DNA of 64,000 nucleotides. Source: Pirellulales bacterium. Lineage in GTDB: Bacteria > Planctomycetota > Planctomycetia > Pirellulales > UBA1268. The notes beneath the pieces were generated by a model, which saw nothing but the letters and a program-made list of their open reading frames with translations, was not told the origin of the DNA and did no database searches. The DNA is taken from the NCBI GenBank assembly GCA_017853835.1, contig JAFMIU010000002.1:44755-108754 (forward strand). The letters run 5' to 3'. Made by a program: the position numbers and the translations under genes. Each line of letters opens with the position of its first letter. The stretch's first letter is position 1. This document shows, one piece after another, positions 25,337 through 35,134 of the stretch.

Positions 25337-28300
25337 ATGAAGACTCTCGAGCAGCGGCTCTTTCACCTTTTTCCTCCGGCCGACGTCGCCAAGGCCCGTT
25401 CCCTGACCCCCGCCTCGGTCGCCTGCCCCAGGGTGGGCCATGTCCGGGCGACGGTGATCGGCGACGACGGGGAAGAGCACGAGGTTGAACTCGAACTCTC
25501 AGCCCACCGTCGCGGTGGCATGACCCTGGAAACCCGCTGTTCCACTCCGGCTGGCCGCGCGGGCAGGCCGTGCGCCGTGCTCGCATCGGTGCTCCTCGAG
25601 ATCGATCGCCGGCGGCTCCTCTCGGGCATTCGCGATCAGACTCCGGTCACACTCGACATCGTCGCCGAGGAGCCTGACGAGGCGACGGCCTACGAGGAAG
25701 AGCCCGTGGAGGAGGATTCCTCCGGGCAGGAACCGGATGCCGAGGCTGAGCCCTCTGGCTGGACTCCACCGGCATCGGTTCGGCGACCGAGCCAGCGGCT
25801 TCCAGCCTGGGCCTCGGAACTCGAGGAACGGCGCCGGCTCGTCGAGCCGGCCGTGCGGTCACATGGCATTTCGATCCCCGATCAGCGACGCACCGGTGGC
25901 GCGCTCGTGTTTCTCCTCGACCTCACCGCATCGTCCGACGCGCGCGCTGCCGTGATCGTGCCGGCACGCATGCAACTCGATGTCGCCGGGAATGCGACAG
26001 GCCGTCCAAGGCCCATCACGATCGGGCCAGAGGAGGTGGAGTTTTCCCACCTCGATGCCCAGGAGCGTTCGCTTGTCGAGCGGCTCGTCGGGGCGTCGGC
26101 CGCCGGCGCCACCATGCTGCCTGAGCCGGTCGATCGCCGCACGATCGCGCGGATCGTGGTCAGCCCGAGGTCGGCCGCCACGCACCTCGCCCACCTCTGC
26201 GAAACCGGAAGGCTCGTCGTCCAGCCGGAACCCCGGCGTGATCCCGAACGCGTGATTCCCCTGACCTGGGATAGCGGACAGCCGTGGGAGTTTGCATTTG
26301 TCGTCGAGCCTGACGACGACGACCTCCGACCGTCGCGTGGCGGAGACGACGACGCCCCTCCTGCCAAGCCGGCCAAGGCCACGCTCCGCGGCATGCTCGT
26401 TCGAGGCAGCCAGCGGAAAGACCTGAGCGAACCACGGGCAATTCTCCGAGCGGGCCTGGTCGTGTTTGCCGATCGAATCGCCCGCCTGAAGGATGCGGGC
26501 GCCGATGGAACGGCAGCCGTATCGTCAGCGTGGCTCGAGCAGTTCGAACGACGGGGGCCCATCGAAGTTGCATCGAGCCAGATCGACGGCCTCGTGGAGC
26601 GTCTCGCCCTGCTTGCCGACGTGCCTCGGCTCGTCCTGCCGGCGTGGACTGGCTGGCGGATCGAGTCGGGAGCTCCTTCCCCCAAGCTCGTGCTCGACGA
26701 TTCACCCGCCGTATCGCTCGACGCCGACGGGTCGGGCAGCCGGAAGCGACAGCCGAAGGTGCAGCTCGCGGGCAAGGTGTGGTTCGACTATGCGGGGATC
26801 GTGATCGCCGCCGACGATCCCGCCGGCGGTGCGGCCGACTCGTCGCGGCGGGTTTTCGTGCGGCGTGACCGAGCGATCGAACAGGAGGCGCTCGCCCTCC
26901 TTCCCAAACACGGCGCCCTCGCCGCCCGGGGGCTGGCCCTCGACGGAAGCGCCGCCACACACCATGTCGAAATCGCCCGCAACCGGCTCGACAGTTCGGT
27001 GTCGCAGCTGGCATCGGTGGGCTGGTTCGTCGAGGTGGCCGGACGTCGGTATCGCCCGGCAGGGAGCGTGGCGTGGAACGTCACCAGCGGCATCGACTGG
27101 TTCGAACTGTCGGCGGCGATCGACTTCGGCGGCGTCACCGCAGAACTCCCGGCGCTCCTCGAGGCCATCGCACGCGGCGGCCGCGCCGTCGAGCTTTCCG
27201 ATGGATCGATCGGCATCCTTCCCGACAGTTTTGCCCGCGACCTCGAACCGATGATGGCCCTGGCCCAGAAGCACGACGGCAAGCTCCGCTACGGCCGCAT
27301 CCAGATGGCCTTGCTCGACGCCTTGCTCGCAGGGCAGCCGCAGTCGGCGGTCGACGAGGCCTTCGAGCGGCTTCGTGAGCAGCTCGCCGCCGGCGAGCAG
27401 CCCGAGGCCGAGCCCGAGCCCCAGGGATTCCACGGAACCCTCCGTCACTATCAGCGCGAAGGCCTCGGATGGCTCGTCTTTCTCGAGCGATGCGGCCTCG
27501 GCGGCTGCCTCGCCGACGACATGGGTCTCGGCAAGACGATCCAGGTGCTCGCCCTCCTCGCCCGGCGCCAGGCCGAGATCAAGGCGGCAGGCATCCCCCA
27601 CCGCCCATCGCTCGTGATCGTGCCGCGGAGCCTCGTCTTCAACTGGCTCGACGAGGCACGGAAGTTTGCGCCGCAACTGAGGGTGGTGAATCACACGGGC
27701 ACGACGCGCGCCGACGAAACGGGCTCGATCAGCGACTGGGATATTGTCGTCACCACCTACGGAACGCTGCGTCGCGACATCATGACGCACCGTGAGACGG
27801 AGTTTGACTACGTCGTTCTCGACGAGGCCCAGTCGATCAAAAACGCAGCCAGCCAGGCGGCGAAGGCCTGCCGGCTGCTTCGCGCCCGCCATCGGCTTGC
27901 CCTCACCGGGACGCCGGTCGAAAACCACATCGGTGAGCTCTGGAGCATCTTCGAGTTTCTCAATCCGGGTCAGCTCGGCAGCGCCTCGCGGCTCAGGAAG
28001 TTTCTGGCCGATGGCCGGGGCAGCGCCGAGATCGTCGCCCGAGCCGTCCGGCCCTACCTGCTTCGTCGCACAAAGTCGCAGGTGCTCTCCGATCTTCCGG
28101 AAAAGACCGAGCAGACGCTGTTTGTGGAGCTCGGCGAGACGCAGCGCAAGGCCTACGACGAACTTCGCGAGCACTTCCGCGCCGAACTCGCCGGCCGCAT
28201 CGGTCGGATGGGCATCGGGCGATCGAGGATCGCGGTGCTCGAGGCGCTCCTCCGCCTTCGGCAGACCGCCTGCCATGCCGGGCTCGTGGATCACTCCCGT

Positions 28301-28819
28301 GTCGATGAGTCGTGCGCCAAGCTCGACACGCTGCTCGAACAGCTCGAGGAGGTGCTCGCCGAGGGCCACAAGGCCCTGGTCTTCAGCCAGTTCACGAGCT
28401 TCCTTTCCATTCTCCGACGACGGCTCGACGAGAAGGGGACGGTCTACGAGTACCTCGACGGCCGCACCACCGACCGCCAGGCGAGGGTGGCACGTTTCCA
28501 GGAGGATGCCGACTGCAAGCTCTTCCTCGTCAGTCTCAAGGCAGGTGGACAGGGCCTCAACCTCACCGCGGCCGACTACATCTACATCCTCGACCCGTGG
28601 TGGAATCCCGCCGTCGAGGCACAGGCCGTCGACCGCGCCCACCGCATCGGCCAGACCAGGCCGGTGTTTGCCTACCGCCTCATCGCCCGCGATACGGTGG
28701 AGGAGAAGATCGTGGCCCTTCAAGACCGCAAGCGCGATCTCGCCGAGTCGATCGTACGGGCCGACGAGAGCATGATTGCGAGCCTGACGCCGGAAGACGT
28801 CGAGCTGCTGTTGTCGTGA
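25337..28819 (+). CDS. SNF2-family (Swi2/Snf2) helicase-like ATPase with long uncharacterised N-terminal region
   Basis: ORF 25268 (GTG)..28819, with the first ATG at 25337 (MKTLEQRL). The C-terminal ~500 aa carry the SNF2 motifs: LRHYQREGLGWL, LADDMGLGKTIQ, VVLDEAQSIKN, LTGTPVENHIGELWS, SLKAGGQGLNLTAADYIYILDPWWNPAVEAQAVDRAHRIGQ. The start choice is uncertain. Confidence 0.88.
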   Translation: MKTLEQRLFHLFPPADVAKARSLTPASVACPRVGHVRATVIGDDGEEHEVELELSAHRRGGMTLETRCSTPAGRAGRPCAVLASVLLEIDRRRLLSGIRDQTPVTLDIVAEEPDEATAYEEEPVEEDSSGQEPDAEAEPSGWTPPASVRRPSQRLPAWASELEERRRLVEPAVRSHGISIPDQRRTGGALVFLLDLTASSDARAAVIVPARMQLDVAGNATGRPRPITIGPEEVEFSHLDAQERSLVERLVGASAAGATMLPEPVDRRTIARIVVSPRSAATHLAHLCETGRLVVQPEPRRDPERVIPLTWDSGQPWEFAFVVEPDDDDLRPSRGGDDDAPPAKPAKATLRGMLVRGSQRKDLSEPRAILRAGLVVFADRIARLKDAGADGTAAVSSAWLEQFERRGPIEVASSQIDGLVERLALLADVPRLVLPAWTGWRIESGAPSPKLVLDDSPAVSLDADGSGSRKRQPKVQLAGKVWFDYAGIVIAADDPAGGAADSSRRVFVRRDRAIEQEALALLPKHGALAARGLALDGSAATHHVEIARNRLDSSVSQLASVGWFVEVAGRRYRPAGSVAWNVTSGIDWFELSAAIDFGGVTAELPALLEAIARGGRAVELSDGSIGILPDSFARDLEPMMALAQKHDGKLRYGRIQMALLDALLAGQPQSAVDEAFERLREQLAAGEQPEAEPEPQGFHGTLRHYQREGLGWLVFLERCGLGGCLADDMGLGKTIQVLALLARRQAEIKAAGIPHRPSLVIVPRSLVFNWLDEARKFAPQLRVVNHTGTTRADETGSISDWDIVVTTYGTLRRDIMTHRETEFDYVVLDEAQSIKNAASQAAKACRLLRARHRLALTGTPVENHIGELWSIFEFLNPGQLGSASRLRKFLADGRGSAEIVARAVRPYLLRRTKSQVLSDLPEKTEQTLFVELGETQRKAYDELREHFRAELAGRIGRMGIGRSRIAVLEALLRLRQTACHAGLVDHSRVDESCAKLDTLLEQLEEVLAEGHKALVFSQFTSFLSILRRRLDEKGTVYEYLDGRTTDRQARVARFQEDADCKLFLVSLKAGGQGLNLTAADYIYILDPWWNPAVEAQAVDRAHRIGQTRPVFAYRLIARDTVEEKIVALQDRKRDLAESIVRADESMIASLTPEDVELLLS

Positions 28820-28898
28820 CCCCGAACGGGGGCGGTTGCCCGTGAGGCCGCCGCCTCACACAATCCTCATGTTCGGATCGGAAACTTCTGTCCGAATC

Positions 28899-29663
28899 AT
28901 GCCCACGACGTCCCTGATCCTGTCCTGCGCGGAGCCTTACCCCGTGCCCACGAAAACCCGCGGGCCCCAGGAGCCCATCCGTCCGAGGGTCCTCGTTGTC
29001 GACGACGAGGAGGATCTCCTCGAACTCGTCCGCTACAACCTCACGAAGGACGGCTACGACGTCGAGTGCGTCGGCACCGGCGAGCAGGCACTCGCCAGCG
29101 CACGGGCAAATCCGCCCGACCTCATCGTGCTCGACCTGATGCTTCCCGCCGTCGATGGGCTCGAGGTCTGCCGTCGTCTCAAGGCCGACCCAAAAACTCG
29201 TGACATTCTGATCGTGATGCTCACCGCGAAGAGCGAGGAGCGCGACATGATCACCGGACTCGAACGTGGCGCCGACGACTACATCGCCAAGCCCTTCAGC
29301 CCTCGCATCCTTTCGGCTCGCGTGAAGGCGATGCTGCGTCGGGAGGAGGCCCATCGCCGCGACGAACAGGAAACCACGATCGACGTGCATGAGTTGTCGA
29401 TCCACCCCGGCCGCCACGAGGTGATGCTGGCAGGCGAGCCGGTTGACCTGACCTACACGGAGTTTGCCCTGCTCCATTTCCTGGCCAAGCGGCCAGGCTG
29501 GGCCTACACCCGCACCCAGATCGTCGATGCGGTCAAAGGTTCGGACTACCCCGTGACCGAGCGATCCGTCGACGTGCAGGTGGCCGGACTCCGCCGCAAA
29601 CTCGGCGACTTTGGCCACTACGTCGAAACCGTTCGGGGCGTTGGCTACCGCCTCCGCAAGTGA
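28899..29663 (+). CDS. OmpR/PhoB-family response regulator
   Basis: ORF 28836..29663, with three candidate ATGs (28836, 28869, 28899). REC domain: RVLVVDDEEDL...DLIVLDLMLPAVDG...IVMLTAKSEE...DYIAKPF. Winged-helix domain: LTYTEFALLHFLAKRPG...VDVQVAGLRRKL...VETVRGVGYRL. Confidence 0.9.
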   Translation: MPTTSLILSCAEPYPVPTKTRGPQEPIRPRVLVVDDEEDLLELVRYNLTKDGYDVECVGTGEQALASARANPPDLIVLDLMLPAVDGLEVCRRLKADPKTRDILIVMLTAKSEERDMITGLERGADDYIAKPFSPRILSARVKAMLRREEAHRRDEQETTIDVHELSIHPGRHEVMLAGEPVDLTYTEFALLHFLAKRPGWAYTRTQIVDAVKGSDYPVTERSVDVQVAGLRRKLGDFGHYVETVRGVGYRLRK

Positions 29664-29794
29664 ACGGCGGCGCTTTGCCGCAACGCGGCCAACGTGCGAC
29701 ACTCACGTCGATCCCGCGGGAGGTCCCCATCCACGTCGATGCGTGGTGAGTCGATCTGTCCGGGAGCTCCATCATCCTCCCGCTGTCGCCCGCC

Positions 29795-31534
29795 ATGGCC
29801 CGATCCCGTCTCGTGTGGCATGTGTTCGCCGGCATGGTCGGGCTCGCTCTCGCGGTTACGATCGCGTGCTTCGGCGTGGCCAGTGTTCAACTGGCGAGCC
29901 TCTCGGACGCAGCACTGGCCGCACGGATCACCGACGCCGCTCGATCACTTGCCACCGGCGCCATGCACGACGGTACGATCGATCGCGCAACCCTCGACCA
30001 GTCCGCCAAACGGCTCCGCGAGTCGACCAGAATCCGATGCCGGCTGATCACCCCCCATGATGAAGCCCCTTCGGTGGACGAGGATCTCGTGGATCGCGCA
30101 CGAGGCGGGAAGGTGTCGAGCCGAAGCCGTTACGACGTGGAGTCGGGGCGTCGCGTGCTGGAAGTGGCGGTGCCGATCGGCAGGGGCCAGCCATTCGAGG
30201 CTGTGATTCTCGCCGACGGCGACATGACCGAATCCGATCGAGCCCTCGCCGCGTGGCAGGCTCGGCTTCTCGCTGGGTGTGCCGTCTCGCTGGGATTCCT
30301 CACCGTCGTGTGCTACGTGCTCGCCCGCCGACTGACCAGACCGGTGGGAGAACTGCTGCGTGCGGCGGATCGACTCGCCAGCGGTGACACGTCCGTCGCC
30401 ATCCCGGCTGCCGAGACAGCCGACCTGGCCGCCCTCGCCGGAGCACTTGGCCGGATCCGGGAGCAGCTCGTCGAGCGAGGTCTGACGATCGGCCGGCAGG
30501 GATCCCAGCAGGAAGCGGTTCTCGGCAGCATGATCGAGGGCGTGCTGGCAGTCGACGCCCGCCAGAGGCTGCTTGGCTTCAATCGCGCCGCCGCCGAACT
30601 CCTCGGCGTGCCCGCTGAGCAGGCGGCAGGGCGGCCTCTTCAGGAGGTGATTCGCAATCCCGACCTCCGGCGTTTCGTGCTCACCGCAATCGACTGCCGC
30701 GCCCCCGTCGAGGATGACCTCGTGCTTCACGGGCCGCGTGACCGCACCATCCGGCTCCGTGGTTCGGCGCTGCGTGACGCCTCGGGCGAAGGGGGAGCGG
30801 TCGTGGTGCTCAACGACGTCACCGACATGCAGCGGCTGGAAAACGTCCGCCGAGACTTCGTCGCCAACGTGTCGCACGAACTCAAAACTCCGATCGCATC
30901 CATCAAAGGATTCGTTGAGACCCTTCTCGACGGGGCGATCGACAATCCCGACGACTCGCGACGGTTTCTCGAGATCATCGCACGCCAATCGGATCGTCTT
31001 GCCTCCATCATCGAGGACCTGCTGGCCCTCTCGCGAATCGAGCAGAGCGAAGGGGCGGGAAATCTCCCGCGTGAATCGGTGGTCGTCGCCGATCTCCTCG
31101 CCGCCGTCACCGATGACTGCGGCGTACGATCCGACGAGCGGTCGATTCGGATCGCCACCGACTGTGCCCCTTCTCTCACGGCCAACCTGAATGCACCGCT
31201 CGTGGAGCAGGCACTCATCAATCTCGTCGACAACGCGGTGAAGTACAGCGACCCGGGGCGAACGGTCTGGCTCTCCGCCGAGACCGACCCGCAGGACGCC
31301 GGGAGCCTGATCCTGCAGGTCCGCGACGAAGGCTGCGGCATCGCGGCCGAGCACGTCCCCCGGCTCTTCGAGCGGTTCTACCGAGTCGACAAGGCCCGCA
31401 GTCGCGTCCTCGGAGGCACCGGGCTGGGCCTTTCGATCGTGAAACACATCGTGCAGGCCCACGGCGGCACGGTGGCGGTCGAAAGCACTCCAGGGATCGG
31501 CTCGACCTTCACGCTGCGGCTCCCGAAGACCTGA
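29795..31534 (+). CDS. sensor histidine kinase, PhoR-like (TM-sensor-HAMP-PAS-HisKA-HATPase)
   Basis: 579 aa. TM1 is VWHVFAGMVGLALAVTIACFGV, with a second TM near residue 170. A PAS-like segment (EAVLGSMIEGVLAVD) follows. H-box: FVANVSHELKTPIASIKGF. N/G boxes: LINLVDNAVKYS, DEGCGI, GGTGLGLSIVKH. Confidence 0.9.
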   Translation: MARSRLVWHVFAGMVGLALAVTIACFGVASVQLASLSDAALAARITDAARSLATGAMHDGTIDRATLDQSAKRLRESTRIRCRLITPHDEAPSVDEDLVDRARGGKVSSRSRYDVESGRRVLEVAVPIGRGQPFEAVILADGDMTESDRALAAWQARLLAGCAVSLGFLTVVCYVLARRLTRPVGELLRAADRLASGDTSVAIPAAETADLAALAGALGRIREQLVERGLTIGRQGSQQEAVLGSMIEGVLAVDARQRLLGFNRAAAELLGVPAEQAAGRPLQEVIRNPDLRRFVLTAIDCRAPVEDDLVLHGPRDRTIRLRGSALRDASGEGGAVVVLNDVTDMQRLENVRRDFVANVSHELKTPIASIKGFVETLLDGAIDNPDDSRRFLEIIARQSDRLASIIEDLLALSRIEQSEGAGNLPRESVVVADLLAAVTDDCGVRSDERSIRIATDCAPSLTANLNAPLVEQALINLVDNAVKYSDPGRTVWLSAETDPQDAGSLILQVRDEGCGIAAEHVPRLFERFYRVDKARSRVLGGTGLGLSIVKHIVQAHGGTVAVESTPGIGSTFTLRLPKT

Positions 31535-32473
31535 TCACCCGGGCGACCGGTGCCGGAAGTCAAGGATCTGCTGCCAGGCGTCTTCGGGCGTCTCCGCATA
31601 TGAGAACAGTTCGAGGTGTCGATCGCTGATCACACCGGCATCGGCGAGAAACTTGAAATCGATCACTTTCGACCAGTAATCACGGCCGTAGAGAATGATC
31701 GGCACGGGCTGCATGCGGTGGGTCTGTCGGAGCGTGAGCGTTTCAAACATCTCGTCGAGGGTTCCGAACCCGCCCGGAAACAGCACGACCGCAGCCGCTC
31801 GAAGGATGAAGTGAAACTTTCGCAGCGCGAAATATTTGAACTGAAAGCAGAGCTCGGGCGTGATGAAGGGGTTGGGCTGCTGCTCCGCAGGGAGCTTGAT
31901 GTTGAGCCCGATCGATTTGCACCCCACGTCGAAGGCACCGCGGTTGGCGGCCTCCATGATCCCGGGCCCGCCGCCGGTGATGACCACGTAATCCCGCTCG
32001 TCTTCGCACTGATTGTCGATCGAGACGATTCGGGCAAACTTCCGGGCGTCGTCGTAATAACGGCACATGGCCAGGAGGTGCTCGGTTCGCTCGACCTCCC
32101 GCGCAAGCCGTTGGTCATCGGGTGCCGCACGGGCGGCCCGGCGGGCCTCCGAAAGCCGACGCTCGGCCGCCGTCCTTTCGACGATCTGAGTTCCGCCAAA
32201 CACGATCACCGTCGACTTGATGTTGTCGGCCTGCAGCGCGATCTCGGGCTTCCCGAGTTCCAGCAGCATCCGCACCCCTCGCATCTCCTCGCGGGCGAGA
32301 AGATCGGGATCGTTTTGGGCCAGGGCGTAGCTCGGCGACCCAAGAATTCGCTCCATGTTCTCGGCGACAAGAGCCACGTCGTCGCCGAGAACCGTATCGG
32401 GAAGGATGTGGCAGGCCTTGCCGACCGGCTCTTCGAAACCGGATGGGGCATCCTTCGGTTGATTGCTGCTCAT
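31535..32473 (-). CDS. LOG-family (TIGR00730-type) Rossmann-fold nucleotide-binding protein with N-terminal extension
   Basis: ORF 31535..32620, ATG at 32473 (MSSNQPKDAP). Core motifs: VIVFGGTQI, VVITGGGPGIMEAANRGA, FPGGFGTLDEMFE (the PGGxGTxxE LOG signature). Its stop abuts the kinase stop (tga/tca adjacent). Confidence 0.85.
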   Translation of the reverse strand: MSSNQPKDAPSGFEEPVGKACHILPDTVLGDDVALVAENMERILGSPSYALAQNDPDLLAREEMRGVRMLLELGKPEIALQADNIKSTVIVFGGTQIVERTAAERRLSEARRAARAAPDDQRLAREVERTEHLLAMCRYYDDARKFARIVSIDNQCEDERDYVVITGGGPGIMEAANRGAFDVGCKSIGLNIKLPAEQQPNPFITPELCFQFKYFALRKFHFILRAAAVVLFPGGFGTLDEMFETLTLRQTHRMQPVPIILYGRDYWSKVIDFKFLADAGVISDRHLELFSYAETPEDAWQQILDFRHRSPG

Positions 32474-32555
32474 GGAAATGCTCTCCGTCGTCGTGGGTCT
32501 GACCACCTGTTGCCCTTGGACGTGGCAGCGGTTCGCCGCACACCACGCGATTTGC

Positions 32556-33947
32556 TCACACGAGCTCCACACGGTCACCGATGGCTGGAATATGCACGCT
32601 CCAGCCGCGCCGGGCCACAAGAAACTCCGACATGGCTGCCGCGGCGGCCGGCTCGCCGTGCACTAAGAACGTGCGCCGCGGCGGGGGAATCCCATCGAGC
32701 CAGCGATCCAGTTCGTGCCGGTCGGCATGCCCGGAGAGCGCGTCGACCTTTCGCACCGCCGCCCGAACAGGCACGTCACGGCCATGGATCCGCAGAAACT
32801 CCGCCCCGTCGATCAACTGCCGGCCACGGGTGCCCTTCGCCTGGTAACCCGCGACGAGCACGGTCGTTTTCGGGTCGGGGAGCCGGCGGGCAAGGTGATG
32901 GAGGATTCGACCGCCGTTCATCATGCCGCTCGAGGCGATCACGATACCCGCGCCACGATGGTTGTTGATGGCCTTCGACTCGTCGGCGGTTCGAGCCATG
33001 TGCACGAACGGACTGACGATCTTCTCGGCCACGCCCTGTTCCCTCGCCTCGCTCAAGTCATGCTCGGCGGAATGCCTGCGAAACACCTCCATCGCATCGA
33101 CGGCCATGGGGGAGTCGACCCAGATGGGAGTTTCGGGAACACGACCGGCGGCCATCAGCGTGCGGAGCAGATAGACCAGTTGCTGGGCACGACCGATCGC
33201 GAAGGAGGCCACCAGAATCATGCCGCCCCGCGCCAACGAGGCGTTGATGACTTCCTCCAGTTCGTCGAGGGGCCGTGACGGGGGATGATCGCGATCGCCA
33301 TACGTGCTTTCACACACCAGGTAATCGCACGCGGGTGGTGAGATCGGGTCACGATAGAGCGGGGCGTTGAAGCGGCCGACATCGCCCGAGAAGACGACTC
33401 GAACCGGAGAGGAGGCGGTTGACGATGAAATCTCCATCTCGATGAATGAACTGCCGAGCATGTGGCCTGCCTCGTGGTACCGAAAGCGAAAGCCCGAAGC
33501 CGGCGTGCACCACTCCTCACGGTCCACCCCCTGCACGAGACGCAGCGTCCGATCGACATCCTTGTCTTCGTACAGCGGAAGCGCCGGATGGTGCTTCGAA
33601 TAGCCCTTGCGGTTCGCGTAGGCCGCATCTTCGGCCTGCATCTTCGCGGAGTCGTAGAGCAGGAGCCCCAGCAGGTCGGAGGTGGCGCGGGTGGCGAAGA
33701 TGGGCCCCGCGAAACCCTCGCGTGTCAGTCGGGGAAGGTAGCCCGTATGGTCGATATGCCCATGCGTCAGAACAACCGCGTCGATCGTGTCGGCCGGCAC
33801 GGGGAACCGATCCCAGTTGCGTTCACGGAGATTCTTTTCCCCCTGAAAGAGCCCGCAGTCGATGAGGACTCGCCGGCCCTCCGACTCCACGAGGTGCCGC
33901 GACCCCGAGACCACTCCAGCTGCTCCGAGAAACGTCAGCGTTGCCAT
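32556..33947 (-). CDS. MBL-fold metallo-hydrolase, beta-CASP (RNA-metabolising-type) family
   Basis: ORF 32556..34079, ATG at 33947 (MATLTFLGAAGVVSGSRHL). Hallmarks: VLIDCGLFQG, the HxHxDH motif LTHGHIDHTG, the beta-CASP segment LVCESTYGDRDH, and the C-terminal SGHADRHEL...TFLVHGE. Confidence 0.88.
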   Translation of the reverse strand: MATLTFLGAAGVVSGSRHLVESEGRRVLIDCGLFQGEKNLRERNWDRFPVPADTIDAVVLTHGHIDHTGYLPRLTREGFAGPIFATRATSDLLGLLLYDSAKMQAEDAAYANRKGYSKHHPALPLYEDKDVDRTLRLVQGVDREEWCTPASGFRFRYHEAGHMLGSSFIEMEISSSTASSPVRVVFSGDVGRFNAPLYRDPISPPACDYLVCESTYGDRDHPPSRPLDELEEVINASLARGGMILVASFAIGRAQQLVYLLRTLMAAGRVPETPIWVDSPMAVDAMEVFRRHSAEHDLSEAREQGVAEKIVSPFVHMARTADESKAINNHRGAGIVIASSGMMNGGRILHHLARRLPDPKTTVLVAGYQAKGTRGRQLIDGAEFLRIHGRDVPVRAAVRKVDALSGHADRHELDRWLDGIPPPRRTFLVHGEPAAAAAMSEFLVARRGWSVHIPAIGDRVELV

Positions 33948-33979
33948 GTTGGGTTTCCGTAGTGCCTTCCCACGCCTTG

Positions 33980-34750
33980 TCAGGGTGACGATGACGTCGC
34001 CATCAGGGGCGGCCTTCCCGGTCGCGTATGACCTGCCACGGCAAGCCCCCCGTCGGTGATCGCCAGCGACTCGAGCCAATGCGTCATGCCGCCCGATTCG
34101 TGCGTCGAAGGAATATAGACCACGAGCACGCTGCGGCCGTCCAGTCGGCGGATGCTCGTCACCATGCCGAGTCGATCGAATCGCTGGCGAATCTCACCCA
34201 GAATCAAGCCGTATGGAAGCCGCAGGCTTCCAATCCGCGCCTCCACGACGGTGATGCCGAGTTGGTTGGGATCGCGCAGCTCCACCTCGGCCGCCACCAC
34301 GGCCACCAACGAAAAAACACCCCGGCCGATCCTTACCCCACCCTGCACCTGCCGCGGCGACAGCCGGACCCGTGGCTCCGACAGGATGTCGGGGAGCAGC
34401 CGACGGTGGTTCCGCGGCAGATCGACGGCAAGCCAGGCATTGATGTCGTCTTCGGTGAAGGCGGCCTCCCAGGCTCCTTCCCGAATGAAGGCGGCGTGGA
34501 GTGCCGACACATCGCTTACGAGCCTTCGCGCGGCCTGCTCGACCGCCGGCGTCGGGGCGCCGAGCGCGGACGTGCGTTCACGATAGAAGTCGGGCACGCG
34601 CCGCGCCACCGCCAGCACCGCCACGGCCATCAGGAGCAGTCCGATGCTCGTGACGGCGAGCACGCGCCACCCGCGACGCTTTTGAGAGGCGGGGCTCGGC
34701 GGCCCCGCCTCCGCAGAGATCAGCTGCCGATCGGCAGTGGAAACAGTCAT
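33980..34750 (-). CDS. hypothetical single-pass membrane protein
   Basis: ORF 33980..34840, ATG at 34750 (MTVSTADRQL). TM segment VLAVTSIGLLLMAVAVLAVA, followed by a ~200-aa extracytoplasmic domain. No family recognised. Confidence 0.6.
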   Translation of the reverse strand: MTVSTADRQLISAEAGPPSPASQKRRGWRVLAVTSIGLLLMAVAVLAVARRVPDFYRERTSALGAPTPAVEQAARRLVSDVSALHAAFIREGAWEAAFTEDDINAWLAVDLPRNHRRLLPDILSEPRVRLSPRQVQGGVRIGRGVFSLVAVVAAEVELRDPNQLGITVVEARIGSLRLPYGLILGEIRQRFDRLGMVTSIRRLDGRSVLVVYIPSTHESGGMTHWLESLAITDGGLAVAGHTRPGRPPLMATSSSP

Positions 34751-34870
34751 GGCCCGATTCTCACACGCCCGCGGGTTTCCCCACAACCGAGCCTCATGAT
34801 CACCGCCGGGGCCGCGGCGTCGCAGCCCCGGCGGCAACACATGAAATGGGTGGAGTCGTGGGCAGATTCG

Positions 34871-35092
34871 TCAGCCTGCGTACCGCACGAGGTGGCCGAT
34901 CGGCAGTTCGGCCGAGCCCTCGAGCGTCACGGTGCCGATCGCGATGTCTTCGAGCTCGTCTCGCATCACCCGCACGTTGGGCGGAGCCTCGATGCCGATT
35001 CGAACCTTGTCACCACTGACCCGAACGATGGTCACCACGACCGACTCACCGACCCGAATCCGTTCATTTTGTTTGCGTGACAGCACCAGCAT
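34871..35092 (-). CDS. csrA: carbon storage regulator CsrA (RNA-binding translational regulator)
   Basis: Internal ATG of ORF 34871..35317, preceded by GGAGG (cggaggatctcgATG). The sequence MLVLSRKQNERIRVGESVVVTIVRVSGDKVRIGIEAPPNVRVMRDEL matches the CsrA core. 73 aa with a ~25-aa C-terminal extension. Confidence 0.9.
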   Translation of the reverse strand: MLVLSRKQNERIRVGESVVVTIVRVSGDKVRIGIEAPPNVRVMRDELEDIAIGTVTLEGSAELPIGHLVRYAG

Positions 35093-35134
35093 CGAGATCC
35101 TCCGTGTGTTAACGCCCGTGAAGAATGATGACCA

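Noticed and set aside
25480-25600. SWIM zinc finger in the SNF2 protein N-terminal region
   Set aside because: Only two cysteines are present (RCSTPAGRAGRPCAVL), with no CxC and no downstream CxH. This is insufficient to call the domain.
26702-28723. 673-aa minus-strand ORF
   Set aside because: It is antisense to the SNF2 helicase gene, whose motifs are unambiguous. Its composition is that of a shadow ORF.
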